A stretch of 64,000 nucleotides of DNA from Adineta vaga (GCA_021613535.1 CP075493.1:2232001-2296000); one strand, 5' to 3'; positions 37,701 through 51,664 are shown, numbered from the stretch's first letter. Translations and numbers: made by a program. The notes: a model not told the origin generated them from the sequence alone.

Positions 37701-40700
37701 TCGATTAATGTCGATCCAGTTGATGTTCGAGGTTTTCCTAATATTTCTTTCTTATCATTAACTGGTGTTGTTGAACGTTTCGATTTCAATTGATTCTTTG
37801 ATGATTCAGTTGTTTTCTCTTTTCTTATATCGTTGATCACAAGTGATTCAATTCGTTCGCTAAAATTGTTATCATATCAAACAGATTTTCTTGTTTAACT
37901 AAGTTTTTACCGAGTTTTTTCTTCATCTTGTACTGCTAAAGATAAATCACTAAGATCAAAGATTTTATTATTAGTCGTTTGCATGAGTTCACGCCATTCT
38001 GCACGAGTTAAATACTATTCAAATAAAAAGACAAGATATCAATCATAGAAAACAAAATCTATTAACTTACATTGTCGAATATTCGCCGTGCATCATGTCC
38101 AGCCACAAAAAATATCAGTATAAACATGATAACTAATGAACATAAACATAAATAATACGTTCGCAATTCCCAAGGAGGACGTGGAACTATTTGATAACAT
38201 GATGATAAAATACGTTGTGGAATTCGAACATGAATTGGAAATGTCATAAGACCGATATTCGTATTTAAAGTTAATGTTCGATTGACTTCATCAGTTGTAT
38301 AATCTGGTTGATAACTATTGACAAAACATCAAATTTGATGAGAAAAACTTCTTTCTTTTTTCTCGGTTTCTTACATAATTTGAAGATTATGTTTTTCATT
38401 CGATTCAATTTCGATATTAACACATATTGGAGTAGTAAAACCATATCCAAAACATCGTTCTTGATCAAATGATATATCATAGATGATTGTTTTCATATTT
38501 CCTGTATTATAAAGTGTAATCACTTTTCGTAATAATAGATTTCGATTTGAATCTAGAGGAGACATCTGTATAGAATTGAAAACGACAAAGATATATTCTA
38601 TCTACTCGAACAAAGTTTATGTTGTTTCTCATCGATAGCGATTACAATTGGAGTTATTGGAGAACTTGTTTGACGATGGCCAACTTGTAAACTACCAATG
38701 CCACCTTCGCCACGTAAGTGTATAGATTCCATAACTGTGAAATTATTTCTAATAATAAAATACATATCGTGTTTAATCGTTTGTGTTGGTCGATATGAAA
38801 CAGTAAATATCATCTGTTCTGATGGTTGAAGATAAAAATTATAAAGACCATTGATTAAATCTACTCGTTTTGACGTCTAAAAACAAGAGAATATATGCTT
38901 TTCTTCCTAAATAACTTGTCTTAGTTGAATTACTTACGGTGGAAATAGTAAAGATTTGATCGTCAATAATTTGTTTTGAACTCACTGAATCATTACTAAG
39001 AAGTTCTACTGTATAAATCACAGGATTTAATGACGGATTTGTTATAATGATATTTTGTGTCTATACAAAGATCGAATGAAACAGAGAATTTACATATAGA
39101 TATCAATATACTTTAGTGATATTAATGAATATAACTTGAAAATCAAGAATAATCGGTGCACGAGAAATTGAAGAAAACATCTGTTCTAGTACAGATGGCC
39201 AAAAGAAACCGATGGAGATTGGCAATGATATATTAGCTCGATCGGTATAGATCCATATATTTGTTTGAATTCTTTTGAACGAGAAAAAGTGATATTTGTT
39301 GTATATCGAAAATTAATAAATTTCTTCTCGATTTTCTTACTTTTGTTTTCGTACAAGTAATGTCCATTCTTTCCAAAGATTTCGAAATTGTGTAACCAAT
39401 GTATAATCCAGTTCATATGTATTCAATGCTAATACATGTTCATCCCATTGTTGTTTGAATGCAGCATGATGATTTAGACCACAAAAAACCGTCGATTCCG
39501 ATGGAACATTTTTACATAATGCTGTCATATCAAAACTAAGTTTACCAAGCTAAAATAAGTGATCAGAGGAAAACTTCTTTATCAATAATCTAGAAATGCT
39601 ACATAAATTATGCATACACGTTGTGTTCTATTTGGTTGAAGTTTAACACGAGTAGTCGATGCAACAGGCCAAGTGAATGCAAAACAAGATTGATGTGTTT
39701 GAAAATCCATTTGTAATACATTAACAGGTACAGAGAATTTGTTATGTAGGAATATATCTATTGTTTCAATATGATACTATAACAGATAAACGAAATAATA
39801 AAACAATAGTAAATTAATAGTTCAATACTAGAGATGCATCGATATGTAATAATGTTTTATTTGCAAATTCCAATGATCCATCGACGATTTGATAATTGAC
39901 ATTCATTCTAATAGTCTACATAAAAGGGTAAGATATTCAATAAATCAATATGAAATTGATTTTACTTGATAATTCGTTTGAAAAGTAATTGATTCATTGT
40001 GTGTTCTTGCTTGATTTCTTCCATTAATTGTCAATAAAAATACAGCACGATGTTGTTCAGGAATCACCAACTTTAAACAAACAAACAAACAAAAGATTTC
40101 ATTTATTATCATCTATTTATAATCTTACTTGAGAAATATTCTCATTTATATAGATATTATCTGGTTTAATTATTAGTTTATTATCGTTCAATGATTCCAA
40201 ATAATTCAGTTGAATGTCCGCATTCGGTAAAGTTGAATCAAACTTGTCAATATTTATATCAATTGGATTTGGATTTGTTAATACAAATGTTACTGTACGA
40301 GTTGTATTAATAGGTATACTAACAACATAAAATTCCCATGAATTATTTTCATCTTGTCGAATGCCACCATTTGTATGATCTTGTATGATATTCAACTAAA
40401 GAAAAAATAAACCAATGTTTCATATTTTTAGAGAATGAACATATGGATTAGTAAGGTTTTGTAATTGTTGAGATCATGCATACATCCTTACAGTGAGAAA
40501 TCCATTGTAGAGATAGATATCAACTGGAAAAGACGATAAATTGGTATGCACATTCATTACGGCTTGGATATTATCAAATGGGATCGATGATAACGGTTGT
40601 TGGCGGAGATTGATACATAATAATTCAATCCATTGATCAGGATATAAATATATAATAGATGAGAAATAGATAATCTACATGAATAAGTTAATTCCAAATG

Positions 40701-42734
40701 TGAAACAAACATGATTGTTATTTTTATTCTTACTTCGATATAGGGAGAAAGAAATTCTGAATTGTTCACTGTGATATTATATACAGAAAGTGGAATATTG
40801 TATCGATTGATAAATTTAATTGATTGACATTCTGTTTTGTTGGATGATGGAAGATAAAAACGTGTATGTTCTTTCTCATAATCCAAGGAGCCATGATAAA
40901 TAATTTCATCATATGGAATTTGTAATCTAGGTTCTTCATTATTCGATAATGTGTATATTTGAATGAAGCCCATCAAATGTTGAATATCAGTAGGAATTAA
41001 TGTTGGATGAATAGTAATTTCGGCAATTCGATTTAAACGATCGATATCAGATGGAATTGGAAGAGATTTATAAGATACGGTAAAATAGTTTTTATGTTCT
41101 TCTATCACATGTACATCCTGAAAGAGAAAAGATCAATAAATCCTATTACAATACTCGAAGCATCAATGAAATTAGCTAAGACAATATTTTGTAACAGTTC
41201 GAATAGTACAAATCGTTTATTTAACCTTCTCTATCTGATTATATCTTATTATTTAACATTGATATCAAACTAAATATGTCCTTGAAACGTCAAATATATA
41301 CATAGTCAGTAAATTATCTATTTAACTTAACAACAAACAAAACATGAATTTTTTTTGAGATGGAAAAATAGCTTTTAACAACGGTAGGTAGTACAATTGA
41401 ATAAGTTTGTCTATATGGTAAACTTACTGAAATTATCAATGGATCTAAACCATAATTGAATACATAGATTGGTATTGTTATTGGTTTCATGGTCGAATGT
41501 ATGAAACTATTTGTAGTGAATTCTAAGACATCGACATTTGAATACAGTCCATGATGCTTGGAAACATTGATTTTTACTGGTAGAATTATCAATTCAGTAA
41601 AATTCGTTTTAATAAAAACAAATCCATAAAATCGATTTAATTCAGATGCCCAATATTTGATTTTAATCACAGATTTGATTTCAAATGGTTCTAAATGCCA
41701 TTGTTCATAAAATTCAAGATTTTTTGTAATTTTATTTTTAATATTTCTCTTAGATAATAATTCGATATTTAAATTTTCGTCACTCGTATAAATTTCATTG
41801 ATATCTAACGAAGAATTGAACGGATTATAAAATCCAATGGTATATTCAAATGTAGAGTTCAATGGAATCGTAGCACTAATCAATGGATGTAAACGATGTG
41901 GATTTGATTTACTTTGACCATGCACCTTGAAATAATCGGAAGTTATCATTTGAAGAAAAAAAAACAAAAACAAAGATCAAATGTTTATTTACATTAAAAT
42001 GAACTTGTCCATGATTGGTTTTCATAGTAAATATACTTTGTGTAGTACCAATAGTTCTTGGTAGATAATAGATATCTATTGATGTATGACCACCATAAGG
42101 TTGAAGGATAGTTTGTTGAAAGAATGATGAGAATAATTGAGTTGTATTTCCTGATATTGAATGTAATTCAAGTGGTTTAGAATCATCGTTGATAATCATG
42201 ACAGTTTGCATTCGTGGAATTGCAATTGGCCTGAATTCGATATATATACAAATCCTGTGATCAATGTAACGTAACTTACTGTTCAGAAAAATGAAGATCA
42301 GGAGGATCAAATCGAATGGATAAGGATGAATCGATTGATGGCCTTGTATAATCCTGTTGTTCAATGATTCTGATTTTGTCATTATAAGATTGTAGCAAAG
42401 TTACAAGCAATTCTTTTTCTACATCATCGTTTTCTTCAAGATTCTTCAGTGATAAAGAAAAAAGACAATTTAGATAGTTTCGATTAAAATGAATAACATA
42501 CTACTATACGAAGATTTGAAGGTTCAGCTTCATGAATTGGTAATCGAATAATTTCTAAACGAAATATGAACAATCTACAAACTTTTCAAATTGATTTATC
42601 AAACCTTCAGTATTGTTAAACGCACTGATTATCGTTAAAAATGCTGTACATATATGTAATAGAAAGATGTAGTGTAAGATATAACAACTACTCCTTGAAG
42701 ATTGTCCATAAGTTTGAAATGTTATTGAAAACAT
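34783..42734 (-). CDS. TMEM131: Transmembrane protein 131, multi-exon
   Basis: An exon with a signal-peptide-like sequence begins at 42734. The N-terminal domain PIAIPRMQTV...LHSISGNTTQLFSSFFQ...YYLPRTIG...VHGQSKSNPHRLHP is TMEM131-like. It is followed by Ig-like repeats, a TM segment (PRPPWELRTYYLCLCSLVIMFILIFFVA) and a long low-complexity tail ending SRWDFAR*. Confidence 0.88.
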
Positions 42735-43084
42735 TGTTTATTTATAGATACAATCAGTAAAAATTATCACAGATAGTTTATATTATCTAAAGAAGAAATT
42801 CATATATAATCGTGTGAAATTTTATTTCATAAGGTTTCTTTTTCCTACACAATGATAAAGGTAAGCCAAAGTACTGTAGAAGAAATAAGAGTATTGAAGC
42901 GTAACACATTTTATACATATATACGTATTCTGTTCTTTTATACATACATATACACGTTTGTTAAGGAAAACTTTTTATTTAGCTTGGATTGGAGTGTTAC
43001 AAACGACCAATTATATATCAATGTTTGACAGGTGTGCTATGATGAGGGCGCTAGGTTATCAGTATTTTATTTCATGAATACTAT

Positions 43085-44066
43085 CTAAAAATCACTAGAC
43101 AAAATGGTCAACATTGATTTCGATCTTGCTCGAGGGTCTCACAAAGTGATTAAAAGTTAATCAGCACTATTGGTTGACCAGTATCAAGATGAATTTTAAA
43201 AATCATCGATACAAGACAAGGATCATCGTCTAATCTTGGTCCAACAAAACCTTGAGCAATTTTATGATTTAGTGTCGTAGACAGACAAAAAGAAGCGATA
43301 AGTCCACTAACGTTGTTTTTCATACTTTCAAGTTCGAATAGAGTCATCTCTAACCTTCAAAGAATATTAATGAAACACTCTCGTTTTCTGATAATATCGA
43401 TAATCACATACCAATATTGAGTCACGCACGACGATACAATACAGTTGAGAATGACTAAAGTAATTTTTGTAGAATAACGTTTGACGAATGGAGACTGTAC
43501 ATAAGAATAGTAGTAAAAACACAAATATTTAGGCAAGGATATGTTACGGATCTATTATTGCTATATTTGTTCATTATCTCATCGTATGGATTAGAATTTG
43601 TTATTGACAATAGATAATTTCCCAGAAACATACAGTTGCAGTAATGTTGACTGAAAAGTTGTGATTTTCTTCATGTTGATTCAAGTCAAAACTAGATTGA
43701 ATCAATTACTAGTCGGAAAATTTGATTGAAAATGCAATGGAATTAATGTACCTCGAAAACAACAATAATAATATGGTCAAATACAATACTCGTCTTCATA
43801 TATTGTCACGAAAGTTATCCATGTAAGAAATTCTAATTAATCATTGAGAATCGTGCACAGCTGGTGATTTTATTATCATTTTGATACAATAGCATTCTCG
43901 ATGTATTCTGTGGATTTCTATTCCTGATTACCTTTTTTGTATGCAATCTGATACCGTTTTCAATGCTGAAAATATAATTTATTGCACGTACTTGCTCAAT
44001 AACTATGCGCTGAAACACGCGCAATTCGTTGTGATCTTTTTCCCAACATAAAACTTGCTTTGTCAA
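43085..44066 (-). pseudogene. Decayed ADP-ribosyltransferase (ART)-family gene
   Basis: The fragment IL*RLEMTLFELESMKNNVSGLIASFCLSTTLNHKIAQGF...DPCLVSMIFKIHLD parallels the ART core of the neighbouring gene (VFRGQGLSKTDFDQLMKTKDGFILFNNFLFANTNSKIALDF...NPDLIGVLFNMSIN). It is broken by stops, and its boundaries are approximate. Confidence 0.6.
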
Positions 44067-44916
44067 TAGATTTATGACTCATTGAATAATCGTAACAAAA
44101 CCAAGACGTAAATATATAACGTGTAAATTTCAATTGCATCACTATATACACATCAATGATGTATAATCGAAAAAAAATGAAACATCATATTTCCTTCAAC
44201 GTTAGGAAAAAAGACTTCAGTTTTTCAAAACAATATTTGCATTGTTGGTTTATAAAATTCAAGATACTCTTACGAAACTTTTTGCAAAAAATTTAATAAT
44301 CATGATACATATGACACATGTAATTCGAATGGATAAAACGAACGAACTTGAATGACAGGATATATAATCGATTGATAAAAGAATAAGGGTGTGGATCTAC
44401 GACTTATCTTACAGTTAAATGTTTCTAAAACGAATTTATTTATCATGTTTTTTTGTTTATATTCTGTACGTAATTTATCGGCGAAACCATCTTGATGTCT
44501 CTTTTTTTTATATCTATAATTGATAGTTGACATACGAAAAAATTGCTCATTGCAAAAGTCACTGATGTTGTCAATTACCATTACCTATAAACATATACCT
44601 AGCAGAATGTTTGAGAAAGAAAGGGGGAAAAAAACATGAATATTATATATAATATGATCGTATATTAAAGGATCAAAATAGCTTGATTGACGAAGCGTTA
44701 CCGTACATCAAAATATAGAGATAGAAAGAAAAAACATATTTTGCTTCAAAATAAACTGATTAGAAACTAGTACTATCACACAAGTAAAGTATTTCAGTCA
44801 TTACTGATAGACAAAATCGCTAACGCAAGCAACTGAAATCTTTATTTACCTATTCATCGATGTAATTTCTCCAAACATTTGACATTATACATTGAAAACA
44901 ATATTCAATACACATA

Positions 44917-46764
44917 ATGAGCAAGCAAAAATTAACTTCATCGTCCAGTAGTACGGATGTCTCGAAAAGCCAAAGCAAGAAAACGGTCAACTCGTCGAAG
45001 TCGACTACTCAACGTCGATCAACTGATTTACCTATGGTTCAAAATGTTCTTCTTGTTTGGCTAGATGAGAAAATCGATGAGAAAGGCAATCATTTTTGGC
45101 GTGATGCTATTGCCGAATTCCGTCGTGAGATAAATAATATTTATACATTTAAAGAAGCTGATCAATGTGTTTTATTTTTATCGAAACATAACGATGAGAA
45201 AATTTGTCTCATTGTTTCTGGTTCACTCAGTCAAAAAGTGATTCCAACAATCTATAATTTGTCTCAAGTATATTCTATATTGATCTTTTGTGATAATAAG
45301 AAACAATATAAACATTGGGCAAAGAATTGGACGAAAATTTTTGGTATCTTTACTCATTCAGCTGATATTGCAGAAGTTCTTAAAGACATGGTGGAAATGT
45401 TTGAACATGATTCGATTGGTATTAATTTCTTATCAATGAATGATGCCGATGCAGCAAAGAGAGGTGTTAATCAATTACCTTTTTCGTTTATATATCCTTC
45501 TATATTAAAAGAAATTTTATTAACCGTTCAGTTCGATGATCAATGTATCAATCAATTTGTTGATTATTGTCGTGATGTATTCGTTAAGAATGAACAAGCA
45601 TTGAATAATATGAAAGAATTTCAACGAATATATCGAGAAAAAACACCTATTTCATGGTTTACGCATAATGCATTTTTATATTCAATGCTCAATCGTGCAC
45701 TACGAATTCTTGATTTACAAATGATAATGAAATTAGATTTCTTTATTGCTGATTTACATCGTCATATTGAACAATTATATATAGAACAATATCGAACACA
45801 TCGTTCCGAAGAATTAGTAACTGTTTTTCGTGGACAAGGTCTCTCGAAAACAGACTTCGATCAATTAATGAAAACGAAAGATGGTTTTATCTTATTTAAT
45901 AACTTTCTATTCGCTAATACAAATTCTAAAATAGCTCTTGATTTTGCTCGTGATGCTGTCGAAAATCCTGATTTAATTGGAGTTTTATTTAATATGTCGA
46001 TCAATCCTTCGAAAGCATCAACACCTTTCGCTTCCATTAGTAAAGTTAGTTCGAGCCAAAACACAGAAGGTGATATTCTCGTTTCTATGTTCTCAATCTT
46101 TCGTATTCGTGATATGAAACAAATAAATGGAAATAATCGACTATGGCAAATAAATTTAATACTTCTTACGAACGATGATCCTGAACTTCGTATACCTATC
46201 GAACATGTGCACTCAGAAACGAATCCAAATTCGAAAGGATGGGGACAACTTGGCATAGCATTGATTAAAATGAACGAATTTGAAAAGGCTCGACAAGTGT
46301 ACAAAACCATGTTAGAACAAATGCCAGATGGTGAACAAAAAGCTGGTATATATCATCAACTTGGATGGATTGAAGATCAACAAGGACATCAAGATCAATC
46401 GATTGCTTATTATAAGAAATCTTTAGAAGTCTCTCAAAAGGCACTTCCTTCAGATCATCCTGACGTAGCTATGTCCTATAATAATATTGGTTTAGTATAT
46501 TATAACAAAGGCGAGTACACAAAAGCTCTTTCAGCACATCAAAAAGCACTTGCTATTCGACAAAAAGCTCTACCTGCCAATCATCCTGATTTAGCTATGT
46601 CTAATAATAATATCGGTATGGTTCATGTGAATATGGAAAACTATTCGAAAGCTGCACCATTTTGTCAACGTGCAGTACAAATCGGATTACAATCATTACC
46701 ATCAAATCATATGCATCTTCAACAGTATCGAGAACATTTTGATTTAGTTAAAAAGAAACTATAA
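44917..46764 (+). CDS. Intronless protein with N-terminal alpha/beta domain, ART-like domain and TPR repeats
   Basis: N-terminal domain LLVWLDEKID...; PISWFTHNAFLYSMLNRALR; VFRGQG; C-terminal kinesin-light-chain-type TPRs (HPDVAMSYNNIGLVY, HPDLAMSNNNIGMVH). Confidence 0.9.
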   Translation: MSKQKLTSSSSSTDVSKSQSKKTVNSSKSTTQRRSTDLPMVQNVLLVWLDEKIDEKGNHFWRDAIAEFRREINNIYTFKEADQCVLFLSKHNDEKICLIVSGSLSQKVIPTIYNLSQVYSILIFCDNKKQYKHWAKNWTKIFGIFTHSADIAEVLKDMVEMFEHDSIGINFLSMNDADAAKRGVNQLPFSFIYPSILKEILLTVQFDDQCINQFVDYCRDVFVKNEQALNNMKEFQRIYREKTPISWFTHNAFLYSMLNRALRILDLQMIMKLDFFIADLHRHIEQLYIEQYRTHRSEELVTVFRGQGLSKTDFDQLMKTKDGFILFNNFLFANTNSKIALDFARDAVENPDLIGVLFNMSINPSKASTPFASISKVSSSQNTEGDILVSMFSIFRIRDMKQINGNNRLWQINLILLTNDDPELRIPIEHVHSETNPNSKGWGQLGIALIKMNEFEKARQVYKTMLEQMPDGEQKAGIYHQLGWIEDQQGHQDQSIAYYKKSLEVSQKALPSDHPDVAMSYNNIGLVYYNKGEYTKALSAHQKALAIRQKALPANHPDLAMSNNNIGMVHVNMENYSKAAPFCQRAVQIGLQSLPSNHMHLQQYREHFDLVKKKL

Positions 46765-47493
46765 GTTTTAGTTATCGTTTGACGAAAATAAAAATCAGTT
46801 AGGATAAATGATAGAACATGCGCTGCAAACATGCATGTAGAAAAGATCTAGCTTATTGACTAGTGCAAATAAATAAGAACTTCTATCTGTGAATGTATGT
46901 TATGATACGTTAAACAAGCAATGATATTTAGAGTTGTAGACATAGTTGTTTATATTGAATATGAAAGATGAAGAGAATGATGAGGATTATATGAGTGAAG
47001 AGGTTAAACATGTGGTGCTGATATGCGAATCATTCATAGGTTATATTGTGCCGCTTAACTAGTGTGAAGAGCAAAACGATGTGTGCTTTGTAGAAAAACA
47101 TTGATGGTAGTAAATGGGACTCTTATAAACAATGAGCTTTCTATATTTCTCTAAAAGGCATATATTAGCTGATTATTCTTTATTTCTATGGTTATAGTGA
47201 GACACTGTCATGATCACGTGTAACCTAATCCATCCCTTTTTTGTGATGAAAAAATGATAAACTAAGCGAGAACAACATGATCATTCGTTCTTTAACAAAA
47301 ATGAAATCATTTGTAGATATTACATCAATTCAATAGATGTCAAGAATTGATTAAAACCGATCTGTCTTGTTTTCATAGTCGTTTATTTTAAATTTAGATT
47401 CAAGGAATAAAAGTGCAAGTTAGGTAATTAAACAATTGAAAAGAGAAAGAAAATTTGTTTTATTTTTCCATCGATGTCGATCAGTTGTTTCGA

Positions 47494-47920
47494 TTACGAT
47501 GGCTACAGTAAATTGAAAATAAGAATGAAATTATAATTTATCATGTAAACTTACCTTAAAATTCATGATTATACGAATTTCTCCATGAGATGATAAACCA
47601 AACATTGCTGGTAATTTCACCCATTCATCAAATTTTCCATCATCAAAAACGTGTTTCAATTTTACTTTACAACTACCAATTGAATCTTTATCGGCAATAT
47701 CAGCATCGTAGACATCGAAATGAATGGCATCTTCACCGTGAATATTGAAAGTAAATCGTTCATCCCAAACTGGATCGTTGGAATTTGAAATCGTTTTTGT
47801 ACGTTGTTTATATTTTTTATCTAAATACACTTCGACATATGCATCGTTCTTTCCAATTGTATCTTCATCTTTCAAACGACGTCCTGCAGCAACAATAACT
47901 TCGAGTGTACCGTTTGGCAT
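47494..47920 (-). CDS. Small single C2-domain Ca2+/lipid-binding protein
   Basis: Exon 47920-47555 plus a 9-nt last exon 47502-47494 (PS*). Sequence GTLEVIVAAGRRLKDEDTIGKNDAYV...DPVWDERFTF...FDVYDADIADKDSIG, with the Ca2+-binding Asp residues retained. A TATA-like sequence lies near 48000. Confidence 0.9.
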
Positions 47921-48597
47921 TGTATGTTTTTTGAATGTAGATATCAAATGCTTTACCTTTTTTTTCTGTATAGAATAAAAAGAATCGTTTGTGCTCCCTT
48001 TATATATACCTTATCGTTTGATTTACTGCACTGATCGTGCCTCTTTTTCTTTTTTTTTAAAGAAATAATTCAAGTTTACGAGCAAATGTCTCGTATTTGT
48101 CTTAAACAAATATTATTGTGTTTGTGAAGCATGTATAGAATATCATCAGAATAGTTAATAGAAATAGACAAGAAAAAGTGCAAATGCAATCGCGTTTTCA
48201 GTTTTATCAAAAGAAAATAGCAATGATTTAAAAGTGAAAAGTATTGTGTTTTACTTACATGTCAAAGGGACATTGCTTCTTTTGAGTTACATCAAAAAAA
48301 TCAAACGAAGCCATATAAAAGGACAGCGAAAATTTCGTCAAATATTGATTCTGTTCTATCTAAAAAAAGTGTAGGTAAATAACAAATAACCTTTCGAATT
48401 GAAAATACCAGAATTTTATAGAAGATAATCAAATCCATGAAGGCATAGTACTATGACAATGAGTATCAAGTTGTTTAATTATATTTTATGTGACCATCCT
48501 CATTTAATTATCTATTCATCTCATACATAGTGTGTGTGATGACCATCTAGAGATATGTATCATTATCGAACGTATGGCGTGATCTGATCTATATTCA

Positions 48598-48618
48598 CAT
48601 ATATATATATATATATAT
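48598..48618. repeat. (AT)n microsatellite
   Basis: Direct run of AT dinucleotides. Confidence 0.8.
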
Positions 48619-49620
48619 GTATATGTTCTCGTTAATTAAGTAAAAGATAAATGTTAATAGCATTTAGGCATAAAACTGCCGTTAGTCAACATTTCACCTG
48701 ATTTATTGACATAAATTTAATGAAAAAACGAAGAAGAATTTTCTCATGATAGTGTTAATCTCAATCCGAGAAGAAACATTCTCAAGTTTTATAATTGTTC
48801 TTTGAATCAACTTTTTCTCTCGTCATGGTTATTTATTCGTCAATAAATATTGATCATCACTTGTTCTTGACGTGACTATTTCAATGCATATTCTTTGATC
48901 ATGAATATATTGATTTTGACAGTTTTATGACAAATGCTTTGAACATTTTGATTTTCATTCATTTCTAATCAATCACGTCTACTCAACGACATAACTTGTG
49001 ATAAATTTATTTCTCATTCAGACATTCATTATCATTGTTTTTTCTTTTTGGTCATGCATTTGATACGAAACAGAAACAATACTTGAAAACTAAGAAAAAA
49101 TCATATCATCTATAATTAACCATTTGAAATACTCCATATGTATCTCGAAGAAGTCGTTTTCTTTTTGTGTCTCTTTCTATTATGTAGTCTTATCATCCTG
49201 TCATCAATGATTATCATATTTTTCATTGATATTTATTCATCACCTTCAAGTAATTATAATCAAGGACATGAAAACATACAATTCAGCTTTTGTATGATCC
49301 ACGTTTAATTTTACTAGTTAGAAGAAGAAGAAGAAGAAAAACAACTAGGAAAACAAAAAAACTTTAAAAAAGAAAAACACAACAATAATAGGTAAAGAAG
49401 AAAAAGATGGTGAAGCTAGAATTTCTATTTGAAAGGAAAATCAGATTGTTCATATGTGCTCAATAAAATGTATGATTTGCTTCTTCTTCTTCCTATTGGT
49501 ACAAGAAAAACAATATCTTGAATATTCAATATCAAAAAAGAGAAGACAGAAAAGAAAACACTACGACAAATTTTTTACACATAAAGCAACAAATTTCAAA
49601 AAACAATTTCGAGTTTTCTT

Positions 49621-51664
49621 TCATTTGAGTGTAACTATCTTTTCGGCAACGACCTAAATCAATGAAAGAATGTCAGAAAATTGAACAAATAATAAAATTA
49701 ATCTTTCACTTACACGTCCATCTGTATCTTCTAGAATAGTCTTTTTACTTTCATTTCCTGTTGTAAACCATTTATTTGTACGTAGTTTTAAATTTGTTGG
49801 TGGATCAACAGAAATATCATTAACATCCGAACTCCAGATCTAGAAAATAAATTTGAATTCAATTGAAAAAGAAAAAATGAAATTTTGTCTTACTGTCGTT
49901 GTTGCACCAGCTTTTAAAAGCATTCCTCTTGGAAATTTAAATTCATAAGATTGAGATCCAACTTTACGTTTAAGTATCCAACCAGCAAGTGTTATTTCTT
50001 GTGAAGTATTATTGATTAATTTCACAAATTTTGGATGCGCACTTTCATCATCAACAATATTTATTCCATCGACTAATTGAGTATTAACAAATGGACGTTC
50101 AGTCGATTCATTACGTGGACGTTTACGCGATTGTTGTGAACGACTGTCATATGCTCGATTGGATGTAGTTGTTGTAGTAGCAACATCCAAATAGGAGTGA
50201 TCACCACCACTACTCAAACGGGATGAATTACCAGATATATTAAGTCTAAAATGAAAATGAATATTTCTACAATAAAAATTCTGGAAAAAATTTGTTACCG
50301 TTCTTCTTCAGATTCAAGTAGTTTTCTATATGTTGCAATTTCTCTATCGAGACCAATTTTGATGTCTAACAAATTCTGATAATCAATTTGCATTTGTTCA
50401 ATTTGTTGTTTCAAACGTTGTAATTCATCATCTCGTTCAGTAAGTAATGCATCTTGTCGTTGTTGTGCATTATGAAGACGAGTTTCTAAATCTCGACAAC
50501 GTTGTTCTAAGTATGCAACTTTATCATTTAATGCATCACGAGATTTTGTTATATCATCAATACGTTCACGATAAGAAGTTATATCCGTTCTATATGCACC
50601 AACTTGATCAGCATTACGACGAATGGTATTCTCTAAATTCTCGATTTTCTTTTCATATTGAGAAGCAATATCATCACGTAATGCTTGCATTTCTTCTTCA
50701 GTTTGGGTACGTAATTGTTGTAATTCATGTAACAATCGATCATCGTATTGTTGACGAAGATTATCATCATAAGATCGTACCTCTACACGTTTATGTTGAC
50801 GAATTTCATCAATTGCCTTCAATGAAGAAAAACAAAAGTAATTCAATACTTATCTTATTTTAACTTACGGTGTCATGAACTTGTTGTTTAAACTGTAATT
50901 CTTCACGTAATGTTTTATTCTTATTTTCCAAATCAATGCGGAGAAGTGTTTCAGATTCAAGTTGTCGTTTCAATGCATTCACTTGCTTCTCAAGATCACC
51001 ATTAAGACTACGGAGATTCTATAGAAAATAATAATTTCTGTATGTGGAGCTGGAAAAAAAAGTAACATCTACTTACCACATTGTCATCGGTTTTACGATT
51101 ATTATCGTAAACTAATGCTTCATTTCGTGCTTTCAAGTCAGCTATTTCGGTTTCATACTGTTTAAGACGAGCTTCTGCCGCACGTAAATCACGTTCCTTT
51201 CGAGCAAGTCTAAAACATAAGATTTCATAACGATACTTGGAAGAATGCTCAAGAAAATTACTTGGTAGTTGCATCTTGTGCTTCAGCATCTGCTCTTTCT
51301 GCTTCGATTTCTAAACGTGTTTTCTCTCGTGCTAATTCTTCAATTAATCTTTTGGCATCATCAAGTTCACGTTCATATAATTGTTTTACTTTGGATGTTT
51401 CCGTTTGATAGGTATCCGTATATGAAGCAATAACACTCTAACAACAAATAAAATGAAATAAGTAATTATTTACTATTGAAATAATTTATTTACTTTTAAT
51501 TCTCTATTGTCATGTTCTAAACGTCGAACAGTATCAATATAAACAGCCAAACGATTATTGAGTGTTTCTAATTGTTCTTTTTCTTGTGCACGAGAGATGT
51601 TTAATCCACTAGAATTTGGTGAAGCATTCCGCGTACGTGAGTTTGATGCTGATCGACTAGCCAT
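49621..51664 (-). CDS. LMN: Lamin-type intermediate filament protein
   Basis: Coil 1A (EKEQLETLNNRLAVYIDTVRRLE), coil 2 end (LDIKIGLDREIATYRKLLESEEER), NLS RKRPR and a lamin-tail domain (KFVKLINNTSQEITLAGWILKR...FKFP). The final exon (49653-49621) is VVAEKIVTLK*. Confidence 0.92.

Noticed and set aside
45861-46310. 149-aa minus-strand ORF
   Set aside because: Antisense shadow of the ART-TPR gene.
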